IMG/VR virus record: IMGVR_UViG_3300021185_002646
Location: 16,278 to 80,277 of that record
From: a virus
DNA length: 64,000 bases
Reading direction: 5' to 3' (one strand)
In this document: piece after piece, positions 19,462 to 28,143 of the stretch
How the letters are laid out: every line of letters begins with the position of its first letter
Numbering within the stretch: the stretch's first letter is position 1
The notes under the pieces: model-generated
The model's database searches: none
The model's input: the letters and a program-made list of their open reading frames with translations, nothing else
Told to the model about the DNA's origin: nothing
Position numbers and translations under genes: made by a program

Positions 19462-20031
19462 ATGAAAATAGCAATCACGCAACGTGTGATTGAATTTCGA
19501 AACGGACCTTACGATAGCATAGATCATGGATTCTATGAAATGTTTTCAGGTCATACATTGTTGCCAATACCAAACCATTTAGAACATTACCAAACAGATA
19601 CTATAGTCAATAGTGACGTAGTAGTATTTACAGGTGGTAATAGCATGATGCCGGGCAATTGGCAATACAGTGAAAATCGTTTACGAGTTGAGAAACACAC
19701 GTTAGATTTAGCAAAACTATATAATAAACCAATATTAGGAATTAGCAGAGGCTGTCAGTTTCTGACAGTTGCTCATGGCGGAAGTTTAGAAAAAAACGGT
19801 AGACATCACATTAATCATAGTGTAAACTATAAGGGTAGTAATGTAGAAGTATGCAGTAGGCATGAAGAAATTTTAAAAACTATACCTACTGGTGCAACAT
19901 GTTTAGCTACAGACGAATATGGATCGTGTGAGAGTTGGAAGTTAGATAATATAATCACTGTATTATGGAATCCAGAAAGAATGAAAACACACTGGCTACC
20001 ATATGAAGCATATGGAATATTAGGTTTATGA
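19462..20031 (+). CDS. Class I glutamine amidotransferase (PuuD/C26-like) with substituted catalytic residues
   Basis: FTGG, KPILGISRGCQ, WNPE. Confidence 0.8.
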   Translation: MKIAITQRVIEFRNGPYDSIDHGFYEMFSGHTLLPIPNHLEHYQTDTIVNSDVVVFTGGNSMMPGNWQYSENRLRVEKHTLDLAKLYNKPILGISRGCQFLTVAHGGSLEKNGRHHINHSVNYKGSNVEVCSRHEEILKTIPTGATCLATDEYGSCESWKLDNIITVLWNPERMKTHWLPYEAYGILGL

Positions 20032-20435
20032 TGCAAGAAGAAATAAAAGACGCAATACAAGAAGAAGTTAAAGAACAGTACAAAGACAGTCAAATGACCA
20101 AAGCTGGAAAGCTGGCTATGGAACTTGGTGCTGAGCGTAAGCGTCTTAAAAAAGAATTATCAGAATTACAAACAGAAGTAGAAGACCTTACTCCTACAAC
20201 ACCAGTTGGTACAACAGACTGGTATATTAAATGGGCGGCAATGGGACTTGCAGTTGCAGGCGTATTTTTAATGAGTGCAGGACTAACAACATATGGACAA
20301 ATTGCATATATTATTAGTAGTGTTGGTTGGGTAGCAGTTGGAATGGCTTGGGGAGATAGAGCTATTATGATAGGAAGTGCTATAACTGGAACCGCAGTTG
20401 CAATGAATTTTGTAGAAAGGTTACTGTCATTATGA
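20028..20435 (+). CDS. Coiled-coil plus 3-TM membrane protein
   Basis: DWYIKW followed by hydrophobic helices. Confidence 0.7.
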   Translation: MMQEEIKDAIQEEVKEQYKDSQMTKAGKLAMELGAERKRLKKELSELQTEVEDLTPTTPVGTTDWYIKWAAMGLAVAGVFLMSAGLTTYGQIAYIISSVGWVAVGMAWGDRAIMIGSAITGTAVAMNFVERLLSL

Positions 20436-20827
20436 AAATAAATGAATGGGCAGACAACTTAAACATGTTTGATGATGGCACAGAAAGACTTGCTTATCTA
20501 GTTGAACTAGCAAAAAAGTCTACAACACTACCTAAAGAACTACGTACTGATGATAGACTTGTAGGTGGGTGTATGTCAAAGATTTGGATTGATGTAGGAG
20601 TTGTAGAAGATAAAGTAAAAGTATACTATGACAGTGATGCAATGATTACTAAAGGTATTACTAGTATTGTTGCAGATTGTTTTACAGATATTCCCCTTGC
20701 AGAAGCAAAGAAAATTACACATGATGATTTTCAAAGTTTAAACATTGCACAATTACTTACACAACAACGTAGAAACGGATTAGGAAACTTAATTGAAACT
20801 ATTAGACAAAAGGTATATGTATTATGA
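20432..20827 (+). CDS. sufE: SufE-family sulfur acceptor
   Basis: VGGCMSKIW, DSDAMITKG, RRNGL. Confidence 0.9.
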   Translation: MKINEWADNLNMFDDGTERLAYLVELAKKSTTLPKELRTDDRLVGGCMSKIWIDVGVVEDKVKVYYDSDAMITKGITSIVADCFTDIPLAEAKKITHDDFQSLNIAQLLTQQRRNGLGNLIETIRQKVYVL

Positions 20828-21234
20828 AGATAGGATTTACATGCAGTACATTTGATTTATTACATGCAGGACATGTACAAATGTTAAGAGAAGCAAAAGA
20901 ACAATGTGATTATTTAATATGTGGATTACAAATGGACCCAAGTATTGATAGAGATACTAAAAATCCACCAATACAATCAGTTGTAGAACGTTATACACAA
21001 CTTAATGCAGTACAGTATGTAGACGAAATTATTCCATACGCATTAGAAAAAGATTTAGAAGATATCCTAGAAATGTATCACATTGATGTACGCATACTAG
21101 GTGATGAATACAGAGAAAAAGATTTTACAGGAAAAGACATTTGTAAAAGACTAGATATTGATCTACACTTTAATAAAAGAGATCACAGATTTAGTACAAC
21201 AGATTTAAGAAAAAGGGTATGCAACACTGACTGA
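20824..21234 (+). CDS. Cytidylyltransferase (TagD-like)
   Basis: TFDLLHAGH, YVDEI, RFSTT. Confidence 0.9.
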   Translation: MKIGFTCSTFDLLHAGHVQMLREAKEQCDYLICGLQMDPSIDRDTKNPPIQSVVERYTQLNAVQYVDEIIPYALEKDLEDILEMYHIDVRILGDEYREKDFTGKDICKRLDIDLHFNKRDHRFSTTDLRKRVCNTD

Positions 21235-21379
21235 GAATCAAGTAAGAAACGAATATAGAGAACATAGAAAAGACCCAGTATTTGCTGAGCTTTGGCCAGA
21301 CACAAACAGAGCTTTTTATGAATGGTGTTCGCAATATTTAGATTATATGCACATAAAGGATAAAAGAGATGAGAATTGA
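21227..21379 (+). CDS. Small hypothetical protein (50 aa, probable CTG start)
   Basis: Open frame [25 protein letters not shown]... bridging tagD-like gene and guaC. Confidence 0.45.
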   Translation: MTENQVRNEYREHRKDPVFAELWPDTNRAFYEWCSQYLDYMHIKDKRDEN

Positions 21380-22478
21380 TCAAGACATTAAACTAGACTA
21401 CAGTGACGTTTTAATTCGTCCAAAGCGTAGTACATTAAGTTCACGCAAACAAGTAAGACTTGAACGCAAGTTTAAATTTAGAAACAGCAGACATGAGTAC
21501 GAAGGTATTCCTATTATGGCTGCTAACATGGATGGTGTTGGAACATTTGAAATGGCAGATGAACTTGCACAACAAAATATATTTACATGTTTAGTAAAAA
21601 CATATTCAGTGGAAGAACTTGTAGATTTTTTTAACAATGATTATCCAGATAATAGAAGAACACAAAACATTGCTATGAGCATTGGTACCGGAACAATAGA
21701 CTTTGATAAGTTAGAAGCCGTGTATAATAAAGTAAGCAATAAACTAAAATATGTATGTATGGATATTGCAAATGGTTACAGTGATCACTTTGCACAACAT
21801 GTTAAAAAAGTTCGTAATGCATTTCCTAATTTAGTAATTATAGCAGGTAATGTAGTAACTGGAGAGATGACAGAGGAGTTAATTTTAAATGGAGCAGACA
21901 TCGTTAAAGTCGGAATTGGACCAGGAAGCGTGTGTACAACACGAATCCAAACAGGAGTCGGGTATCCGCAACTTAGTGCAGTCATTGAATGTGCAGATGC
22001 GGCACATGGACTTGGTGGACATATTATTGCTGATGGGGGCTGTAACTCTAGTGGTGATGTGGCTAAAGCATTTGCTGGCGGTGCCGATTATGTAATGCTA
22101 GGCGGTATGCTTGCAGGACACGATCAAGGTGGCGGCGAAGTTATTAGTAAGATGTATGCAACTAATGAATGGCTCACAGCAGAAAAACCTTTACTTGAAC
22201 AAAAACAGTTTGTGGCTTTTTACGGAATGAGTAGTGATGCAGCAAATACAAAACACTTTGGAGGACTAAAAGACTATCGTGCAAGCGAAGGACGAGAAGT
22301 ACTAGTTCCATACAGAGGTGCAGTACAGCACACCATACAAGCAATCTTAGGTGGGTTGCGTAGTACTTGTACATATGCAGGTGCAATGAAATTAAAACAA
22401 TTGAGCAAGTGTACAACATTCGTTCGTGTTAATAATCAATTTAATCGTACATACGAAAGTACAACAACAAAAATTTAA
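21369..22478 (+). CDS. guaC: GMP reductase
   Basis: [46 protein letters not shown]. Confidence 0.95.
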   Translation: MRIDQDIKLDYSDVLIRPKRSTLSSRKQVRLERKFKFRNSRHEYEGIPIMAANMDGVGTFEMADELAQQNIFTCLVKTYSVEELVDFFNNDYPDNRRTQNIAMSIGTGTIDFDKLEAVYNKVSNKLKYVCMDIANGYSDHFAQHVKKVRNAFPNLVIIAGNVVTGEMTEELILNGADIVKVGIGPGSVCTTRIQTGVGYPQLSAVIECADAAHGLGGHIIADGGCNSSGDVAKAFAGGADYVMLGGMLAGHDQGGGEVISKMYATNEWLTAEKPLLEQKQFVAFYGMSSDAANTKHFGGLKDYRASEGREVLVPYRGAVQHTIQAILGGLRSTCTYAGAMKLKQLSKCTTFVRVNNQFNRTYESTTTKI

Positions 22479-22599
22479 GCTATGTTTGTAATGCAGATCG
22501 GAATTGCATAAATAAAACGGCTAAAAACATTTATCTTAGATAAATAAAAGTGTATTAAGAATAGCACAACGTTGTGTTATTATTTTCATATACAAAGTA

Positions 22600-22770
22600 G
22601 TATAGAGCGACCTCGGCTCAGAAAAAAAGAGCGGCAGTTAGTGCCACGCTAACTGACTCTGGGAAAGACCAGGGCATAACCCATGCCTTACAAGCGATAC
22701 ATTATGAGGTATCGTGGTAGCAGCCAGGAGAGACTGGCAAAACGGATGCTTTCCCAAAAACATCCACATA
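22600..22770 (+). ncRNA. Candidate structured RNA (about seven hairpins, three long-range pairings) leading a small-protein operon
   Basis: GC-rich non-coding island with stems CAGTTAG/CTAACTG, CTCTGG/CCAGGG, GGCAT/ATGCC, CGATAC/GTATCG, GCCAG/CTGGC, GGATG/CATCC. Confidence 0.65.
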
Positions 22771-22790
22771 AAATATAAACGGAGAATAAA

Positions 22791-22985
22791 ATGACTACGA
22801 CATTTTTTAATGCATGGTCAAGGTTGTTCAACGGGCACCGTCGAAGTGTGGCCTATAGCAAAAACCTTATGACATATGCAAAAACTGAATATGGTAATGA
22901 TTGGCTATATGCCTACACCTATATGTTAGAACATGATGGCCAAGCACCAAAGTCTTGGCATACAAAGAAGGTAACAATAAAATGA
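22791..22985 (+). CDS. Small protein (YAKTEYGNDW motif)
   Basis: GGAG SD, 64 aa. Confidence 0.75.
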   Translation: MTTTFFNAWSRLFNGHRRSVAYSKNLMTYAKTEYGNDWLYAYTYMLEHDGQAPKSWHTKKVTIK

Positions 22986-23173
22986 CAACAACATTAATAT
23001 ATAAACAAACATGCGAAGTTTGTGAAAAGATTAAAAACGCAACTCTAACAGTGCTATTGGCACTTTGGGCATTTGGTGAATCATGTGGACGTGCAAGAGC
23101 GGCTGCACAGTTACATCGTGATGGGTTTCATGAAGAAGCAAAAAGTTTATACATGGATAATAAAAATGATTAA
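22982..23173 (+). CDS. Small protein (GRARAAAQL motif)
   Basis: Overlapping start; 63 aa. Confidence 0.7.
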   Translation: MTTTLIYKQTCEVCEKIKNATLTVLLALWAFGESCGRARAAAQLHRDGFHEEAKSLYMDNKND

Positions 23174-23351
23174 TACTATAACAAACAAATTAGGCTGGTT
23201 AAAACGTGCATATAGTCGCACTCAAAGTAGAAAACAAACTGAAAAGGCATTATCAGATTTAACTGATTTTGAATTGAATGATATTGGATTATGCAGAGGC
23301 GATATTAGATCAGTAGCACGTGGCGAAAAAGTTTATAGAAAGACATACTAA
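23166..23351 (+). CDS. DUF1127 (YjiS-like) small protein
   Basis: RKQTEKALSDLTDFELNDIGLCRGDI matches the DUF1127 consensus L..L.D..L.DIGL.R.DI. Confidence 0.85.
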   Translation: MINTITNKLGWLKRAYSRTQSRKQTEKALSDLTDFELNDIGLCRGDIRSVARGEKVYRKTY

Positions 23352-23420
23352 ATGTGGCCTTATACTGAAGAAGAATTAGACTTTATTAATAAGTAGAGTT
23401 TTAATCGTATAAATAGCTGT

Positions 23421-24398
23421 ATGAGTAAAGTACATCTATTATCAGAATTAATAACACGTTTGCAGAGTTTTGACACACAAGTTGATAAACTAGAACTCTT
23501 GCAGACGTATCGAAAAGAACCTATATTTAAACGAATAATTACTATTGCATATAATCCATGGATAGATTTTGAAATGCAAGATTTCACTCCAAGACGCATG
23601 GGTAAGCAGTTTGGTATGGGACTAACTAAGTTCTTACATATTTTAACAGATATTATTGATGAAAAATATGATGAAAGAGAAAAGAACTTTTCTTGTCAAA
23701 TGGCAATGAATCATATAGACGAACGTGATGCTGCACTATTTGTTAGTTTGTTAAGACAAGATTTAGATCTAGGACTAGAGCCTGAAACAATTAACAAAGT
23801 ATGGCCTGGATTAATTATGGTGTATCCACTAAGTACACCAACAGTAGCAGATTATAAAACATTTCACAAATATCCAGCAGCAGTACAACCAATCAGTAGA
23901 GGTCTACGAGTTAATGTAATTGTTCATAAAGGATTAGTTAGTTACAAAGATAAAGAAGGTAACAATATTGAAGGTTGGAATATGTACGATGAGCAGTTTA
24001 TTAATTTAGCACAAAACAATAGCACAGTATTTGATGGCCATGCAGTTGTGGCAAATGGAATAACTATTGTAGAAACTGACAATCAAAAAGTATTAGAAGC
24101 AGACCCAGAAAATGTTAAGTTTGTATTTTGGGATATTATACGTTATGATGGATTTGTAAAAGGTGAAGATTCACGTATAGGTTATAACTGGCGACATAAT
24201 GGACTTGAGCATATGATTATGCTTGCATTTGATAAAAACAAAACACCTTGTTATGATATTGTAAAAGCTGACCTTGTTGGAAGTGATGAACAGTTAGAAT
24301 TAACTGTTAAAAAGTTTGCAAATAAATGTGTTATAAAACGTTTAGATGGAACATGGATACGTGGAAACGATCCAACGCAAGTTATTTACGAGTCTTAA
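23421..24398 (+). CDS. Degenerate T4-type DNA ligase paralog (no catalytic Lys, no OB domain)
   Basis: Ligase-like N-terminal domain (AYNP, DL.LG...TINKVWPGLI); motif I reads QPISRGLR; VFDGH, FWDII. Confidence 0.65.
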   Translation: MSKVHLLSELITRLQSFDTQVDKLELLQTYRKEPIFKRIITIAYNPWIDFEMQDFTPRRMGKQFGMGLTKFLHILTDIIDEKYDEREKNFSCQMAMNHIDERDAALFVSLLRQDLDLGLEPETINKVWPGLIMVYPLSTPTVADYKTFHKYPAAVQPISRGLRVNVIVHKGLVSYKDKEGNNIEGWNMYDEQFINLAQNNSTVFDGHAVVANGITIVETDNQKVLEADPENVKFVFWDIIRYDGFVKGEDSRIGYNWRHNGLEHMIMLAFDKNKTPCYDIVKADLVGSDEQLELTVKKFANKCVIKRLDGTWIRGNDPTQVIYES

Positions 24399-25134
24399 TT
24401 TTCTTAATATATTGATTTCCAAAGTGGTCATATAATCCATCAAAGAACTGAAACTTACTAAATGCTTTACCAGTTCCTTTCATTCTATCTTTAAATCGTT
24501 GCCACCATGTTACTTTGGTTTTAATATGTACATCATATGTAATATATTGTATTTGCCCTACATGTTTGTAATATCCAAAGAATGGAACTCTAGTAACAAG
24601 ATCATTATTGTTAACAAAACGATATGCCGCAATATCTTTAAACTGTTCGCCCCATGTTCTATCACCTACTTTTGGTGATCCATATGTATATAATTCTAAA
24701 TCTGCACCCAATTGGTGAAATCTAGTAGCACATATAGTTGCCATTGCAGCTCCCAAACTATGTCCAGTAATTACTATTTTTTTAGTAGTTAGTTTTTTAC
24801 CCAACCACTTAATAATTTCAGGATATAGTTTATCTAGTTCATGCTTAAACCCAGAATGTACTGTACCTGTTGTATCAGCACCTGCTGGCCAAGCCTTAAT
24901 ATCTGCTATTAAGTCGCCTATTTGAGCGCCTTCAGTGCCCCTAAAAGCAACGATCACATAGTCATGCATAACAATGCCATAACCTTGTGCGTTTTCTTTT
25001 TCAAAGAATTTAACACTTGAATGTTTTATTTTATTATCTTTTAGGAATTTAACTACCTCTGGTTTTTCGCCATATACTACTTTTGATATATCAATACATA
25101 GTTCTGCTAATTTCCAGTTTATTTGTTTGTTCAT
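24382..25134 (-). CDS. Class 3 lipase
   Basis: VAFRGTE, VHSGF, ITGHSLGAA, TYGSPKVG, NNDLVTRVP. Confidence 0.9.
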   Translation of the reverse strand: MNKQINWKLAELCIDISKVVYGEKPEVVKFLKDNKIKHSSVKFFEKENAQGYGIVMHDYVIVAFRGTEGAQIGDLIADIKAWPAGADTTGTVHSGFKHELDKLYPEIIKWLGKKLTTKKIVITGHSLGAAMATICATRFHQLGADLELYTYGSPKVGDRTWGEQFKDIAAYRFVNNNDLVTRVPFFGYYKHVGQIQYITYDVHIKTKVTWWQRFKDRMKGTGKAFSKFQFFDGLYDHFGNQYIKKIKTRK

Positions 25135-25457
25135 TATTTTTTAACCTTTGGATCGTTAACTAGTTTTTCTAGTCTATGTGTAGGTATGCGTGTATTGTAA
25201 ATGTATCTCCATACTTTACCTCTGCCGTTATCAATTTCAAATATAGTTTCTCGCATGCCTATATTAATAATAGTAGCTCTTTCACCGTCAAGATATACTT
25301 CGTCACCCGGCTCAAACCCAGGTTTCATTTTCCAACGTATACTTGCTACAAAATCACCTACTAGTTCTTTAAACCATAGAACTATGATCGCGGTAACACC
25401 TAACCCAATTAATGGCTCTAAAAGCTGTGAAATTTCTAATGCTTGTTGTTCTAACAT
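25134..25457 (-). CDS. Short MscS-like membrane protein
   Basis: TM helix plus FEPGDEVYLDG...IGMRET beta domain. Confidence 0.6.
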   Translation of the reverse strand: MLEQQALEISQLLEPLIGLGVTAIIVLWFKELVGDFVASIRWKMKPGFEPGDEVYLDGERATIINIGMRETIFEIDNGRGKVWRYIYNTRIPTHRLEKLVNDPKVKK

Positions 25458-25491
25458 ACTATAACTATTTATTTAAAATTGACAAAAATTG

Positions 25492-25520
25492 TTGACAAAC
25501 AGACAATAATATACTATAAT
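25492..25520 (+). promoter_or_regulatory. Consensus sigma70 promoter
   Basis: TTGACA-17-TATAAT. Confidence 0.8.
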
Positions 25521-25548
25521 TACACTATTGAAATGAAAGGAGTTACCA

Positions 25549-26091
25549 ATGAGTAATGAAAACAGTAATGTACCAGCAGTAACATTTATGGTACGAGTAC
25601 CAGATCCTACAGCAGAAGGAAATGCTTGTGAAATTGTACCATCAACGTGGGCAGAGTTAACAACTGGTGAAATTTTTAATAACAAGAAAGTTATTGTGTT
25701 TAGTTTGCCAGGTGCGTTTACACCAACATGTAGCACGTTCCAATTGCCAGGATTTGAACAAGATGCACAAAAGTTTTATGATAAGGGTGTAGATGATATT
25801 TATTGTATTAGTGTTAACGATGCATTTGTAATGAATGCATGGCGTGACTCACAAAACTTAAAAAATGTTAAAATTATTCCAGATGGCAACGGCGATTTTA
25901 CTAAAGGCATGGACATGGATGTCACATTTAATAATCGCGGCTTTGGTATTCGTAGTTGGCGTTATGCAATGATTGTTGATAACGGAACTATTACAAAAAT
26001 GTTTGTAGAGCCAGGAAAAGCAATAGATTCAGATCCAGATCCATATGGTGAAACTTCACCTGATAATGTGTTTGCATCTCTACAGGAGTAA
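25549..26091 (+). CDS. Peroxiredoxin (Prx5 type)
   Basis: PGAFTPTCS, SVNDAFVMNAW, RSWRYAM. Confidence 0.95.
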   Translation: MSNENSNVPAVTFMVRVPDPTAEGNACEIVPSTWAELTTGEIFNNKKVIVFSLPGAFTPTCSTFQLPGFEQDAQKFYDKGVDDIYCISVNDAFVMNAWRDSQNLKNVKIIPDGNGDFTKGMDMDVTFNNRGFGIRSWRYAMIVDNGTITKMFVEPGKAIDSDPDPYGETSPDNVFASLQE

Positions 26092-26586
26092 TTGTTGAAA
26101 GTATTTAAATCGTCTATTGATAATTTTTTTAGATGGGTTAACTCTAGCGAATTAGTAGAGTTAACTGACATTGATGTAAATGAAGATCCAGTAAGACCTG
26201 AACTAGATGTAGAGTTTAGAACAAGTTATGGTAGAAAAATCTTTGGACTAAAATACAAAAATGATATAGAAGGTATTATATGTGTAGCATTTTGTAATGA
26301 CTTACCACAAAGTGAACGAGAACTTGATTTAATTAGTCAAAACGCATATTTGCGTGACAATGCCAATATTGCAGTTGCGTACACAGTATGGTCACGTAAA
26401 CGTGGCGCTGGTAAAGAAATTGTAGCAAAACTAAAAGAGCATATAAAAGAAAAAACAAACATTGAACGAATAGTTACATTATCTCCATTAACACCAATGG
26501 CAACACATTTTCATATAAGCAACGGTGCTAAATTAATACAACATAATGCAACTACTCAGAATTTTGAGTATAAGTTAGATAAATAG
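26092..26586 (+). CDS. Conserved hypothetical protein (GNAT-like fold)
   Basis: DPVRPEL, YTVWSRKRGAG, TLSPLT.MA..FH..NGA. Confidence 0.65.
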   Translation: MLKVFKSSIDNFFRWVNSSELVELTDIDVNEDPVRPELDVEFRTSYGRKIFGLKYKNDIEGIICVAFCNDLPQSERELDLISQNAYLRDNANIAVAYTVWSRKRGAGKEIVAKLKEHIKEKTNIERIVTLSPLTPMATHFHISNGAKLIQHNATTQNFEYKLDK

Positions 26587-26607
26587 TATTTCATATAGGA
26601 AGAAACT

Positions 26608-27018
26608 ATGGCATATAGCGAAAAAGTGCTAGACCATTACAATAATCCAAGAAATGTAGGTAAATTTGACCCCAATGAAGAGAATATCGGAACTGGTATG
26701 GTAGGTGCACCTGCATGTGGAGATGTAATGCGTTTACAAATAAAAGTAGATGACAATGGCATCATAGAAGATGCAAAGTTTAAAACATATGGTTGTGGAA
26801 GTGCAATTGCTAGTTCAAGTATGGTAACAACTATGCTTAAAGGTATGACACTAGACGAAGCACAAGAAATTAAAAATACAACAATTGTTGAAGAACTAGC
26901 ATTACCACCAGTAAAAATTCACTGTAGCGTATTGGCAGAAGATGCCATTAAAGCCGCAGTAAGAGATTACGGCGATAAAAAACAAAAAATAAACGCAAAA
27001 CCGGTTGACATAACTTAG
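26608..27018 (+). CDS. iscU: Fe-S cluster scaffold IscU
   Basis: YSEKVLDHY.NPRNVG, APACGDVM, GCGSAIAS, LPPVKIHCS. Confidence 0.97.
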   Translation: MAYSEKVLDHYNNPRNVGKFDPNEENIGTGMVGAPACGDVMRLQIKVDDNGIIEDAKFKTYGCGSAIASSSMVTTMLKGMTLDEAQEIKNTTIVEELALPPVKIHCSVLAEDAIKAAVRDYGDKKQKINAKPVDIT

Positions 27019-27039
27019 TTTTGTGTTATCATAAATAAC

Positions 27040-27339
27040 ATGTAACGTTGAAACTTGACTCAACGCATTTCAGGACCTCGGGGCAGTACCGAGCAGCTCC
27101 ACCATAAACACATCTAGATGAGATATTGAATCACTGCTTGGGTGTGCTTATGATGGGGCTGAAACAGGTTCGACTGGAAGGTTAGTAGGTAAGCGGAGTT
27201 ATCGGGATCTAAGCACCGTTATCGCGAAGAAAATTTATAATTGCAAACGCAAATTATGAGCCAGAAATGGCATTAGCGGCTTAGTTTTAAGCACGTAGGG
27301 GTTTTGTAAGTTGAGCCTGGCAACAGAATCAACTTACAA
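27040..27339 (+). ncRNA. ssrA: Circularly permuted two-piece tmRNA; tag ANANYEPEMALAA (27243-27284)
   Basis: Acceptor piece ...CAGCTCCACCA ends 27104; intervening segment; coding piece starts GGGGCTGAAACAGGTTCGAC at 27155 (G3:U70); tag ORF ending LAA; terminal hairpin containing CCTGGCAACAG. 5' boundary approximate. Confidence 0.92.
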
Positions 27340-27392
27340 CTAGATTATAATTAATATATTTTAGTATAAAAATAAAAATAATAGGAAAAACT

Positions 27393-27977
27393 ATGAAGAA
27401 GACTATAATTACAGCGGCATTAGTTGTCGCTTTAACTGGCGCGGCACAGGCCGACGACTATGACAACACATCAATATCAATGGCGGCTGAATCGGCAACT
27501 ATGGGTATTTCATTGTCAACAAACGATACATCTAGATCAATTGATGTTTATACAATGGGCAGAAGTCTAGATCTTGGAGCAGGAGTAAGTGATAACGGAA
27601 CTAACCGTGATTATAGCCTATCTGCTGGAAGAACTATGGACATCATAAACGTAGGTCCTGTAGGAACATACGTTGATGGCGAAGTTGAATACAATTGGGG
27701 TGATACGTTTACTAAATCAGAAATGCACTTTACTCCAACATTAGGTGGTAAAATGGACCTAGGTATCATTAGCCCATATGCTGAAGTAAATTACTTATTA
27801 AAGTCAGTTGAAGGTGACTTCACAAGCATTGATAAAGTAAATCCAACAATGACTTTTGGTACAAAAGTTGCGTTGACTACTTCTACTTCATTGAACGCTA
27901 AATTAACTAATTCACTTAACAGTGATTGGAAATCTACGGACAAAGAAGTTAGTGTAGGACTTACAGTTAAGTTTTAA
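27393..27977 (+). CDS. Outer-membrane beta-barrel protein
   Basis: Signal peptide ending AQA, alternating beta strands, C-terminal VGLTVKF. Confidence 0.75.
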   Translation: MKKTIITAALVVALTGAAQADDYDNTSISMAAESATMGISLSTNDTSRSIDVYTMGRSLDLGAGVSDNGTNRDYSLSAGRTMDIINVGPVGTYVDGEVEYNWGDTFTKSEMHFTPTLGGKMDLGIISPYAEVNYLLKSVEGDFTSIDKVNPTMTFGTKVALTTSTSLNAKLTNSLNSDWKSTDKEVSVGLTVKF

Positions 27978-27995
27978 ATTTAACAAAAGTAGGTT

Positions 27996-28024
27996 AAAAA
28001 GGTCGCTTAATGCGGCCTTTTTTT
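27996..28024 (+). terminator. Rho-independent terminator (bidirectional)
   Basis: AAAAAGGTCGC-TTAAT-GCGGCCTTTTTTT. Confidence 0.85.
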
Positions 28025-28066
28025 ATGGTCGACAAATCATAATAAATGTTATAATATAGATAATAC

Positions 28067-28143
28067 GGACCCGTAGCTCAGTTGGATAGAGCGTTGGTTT
28101 GCGGAACCAAAGGCCAGGAGTTCGAATCTCTTCGGGTCCGCCA
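28067..28143 (+). tRNA. tRNA-Arg(GCG)
   Basis: Cloverleaf, TTGGT-TTGCGGA-ACCAA anticodon arm, GCCA end. Confidence 0.9.

Noticed and set aside
20432-20827. SufE N-terminus MKINEW as a capsid-targeting signal
   Set aside because: Mid-operon metabolic gene with no following xxE junction; probably chance, and a reminder that the motif is degenerate
22655-22740. Cobalamin or glycine riboswitch resemblance (GCCAGGAGA, CTCTGG.A.AGA)
   Set aside because: Other core elements are missing (GGGAA-CCGGTG-AA-TCCGG and GCCACTG for B12; GCCGAAG and CTCTCAGG for glycine); kept as an unknown RNA
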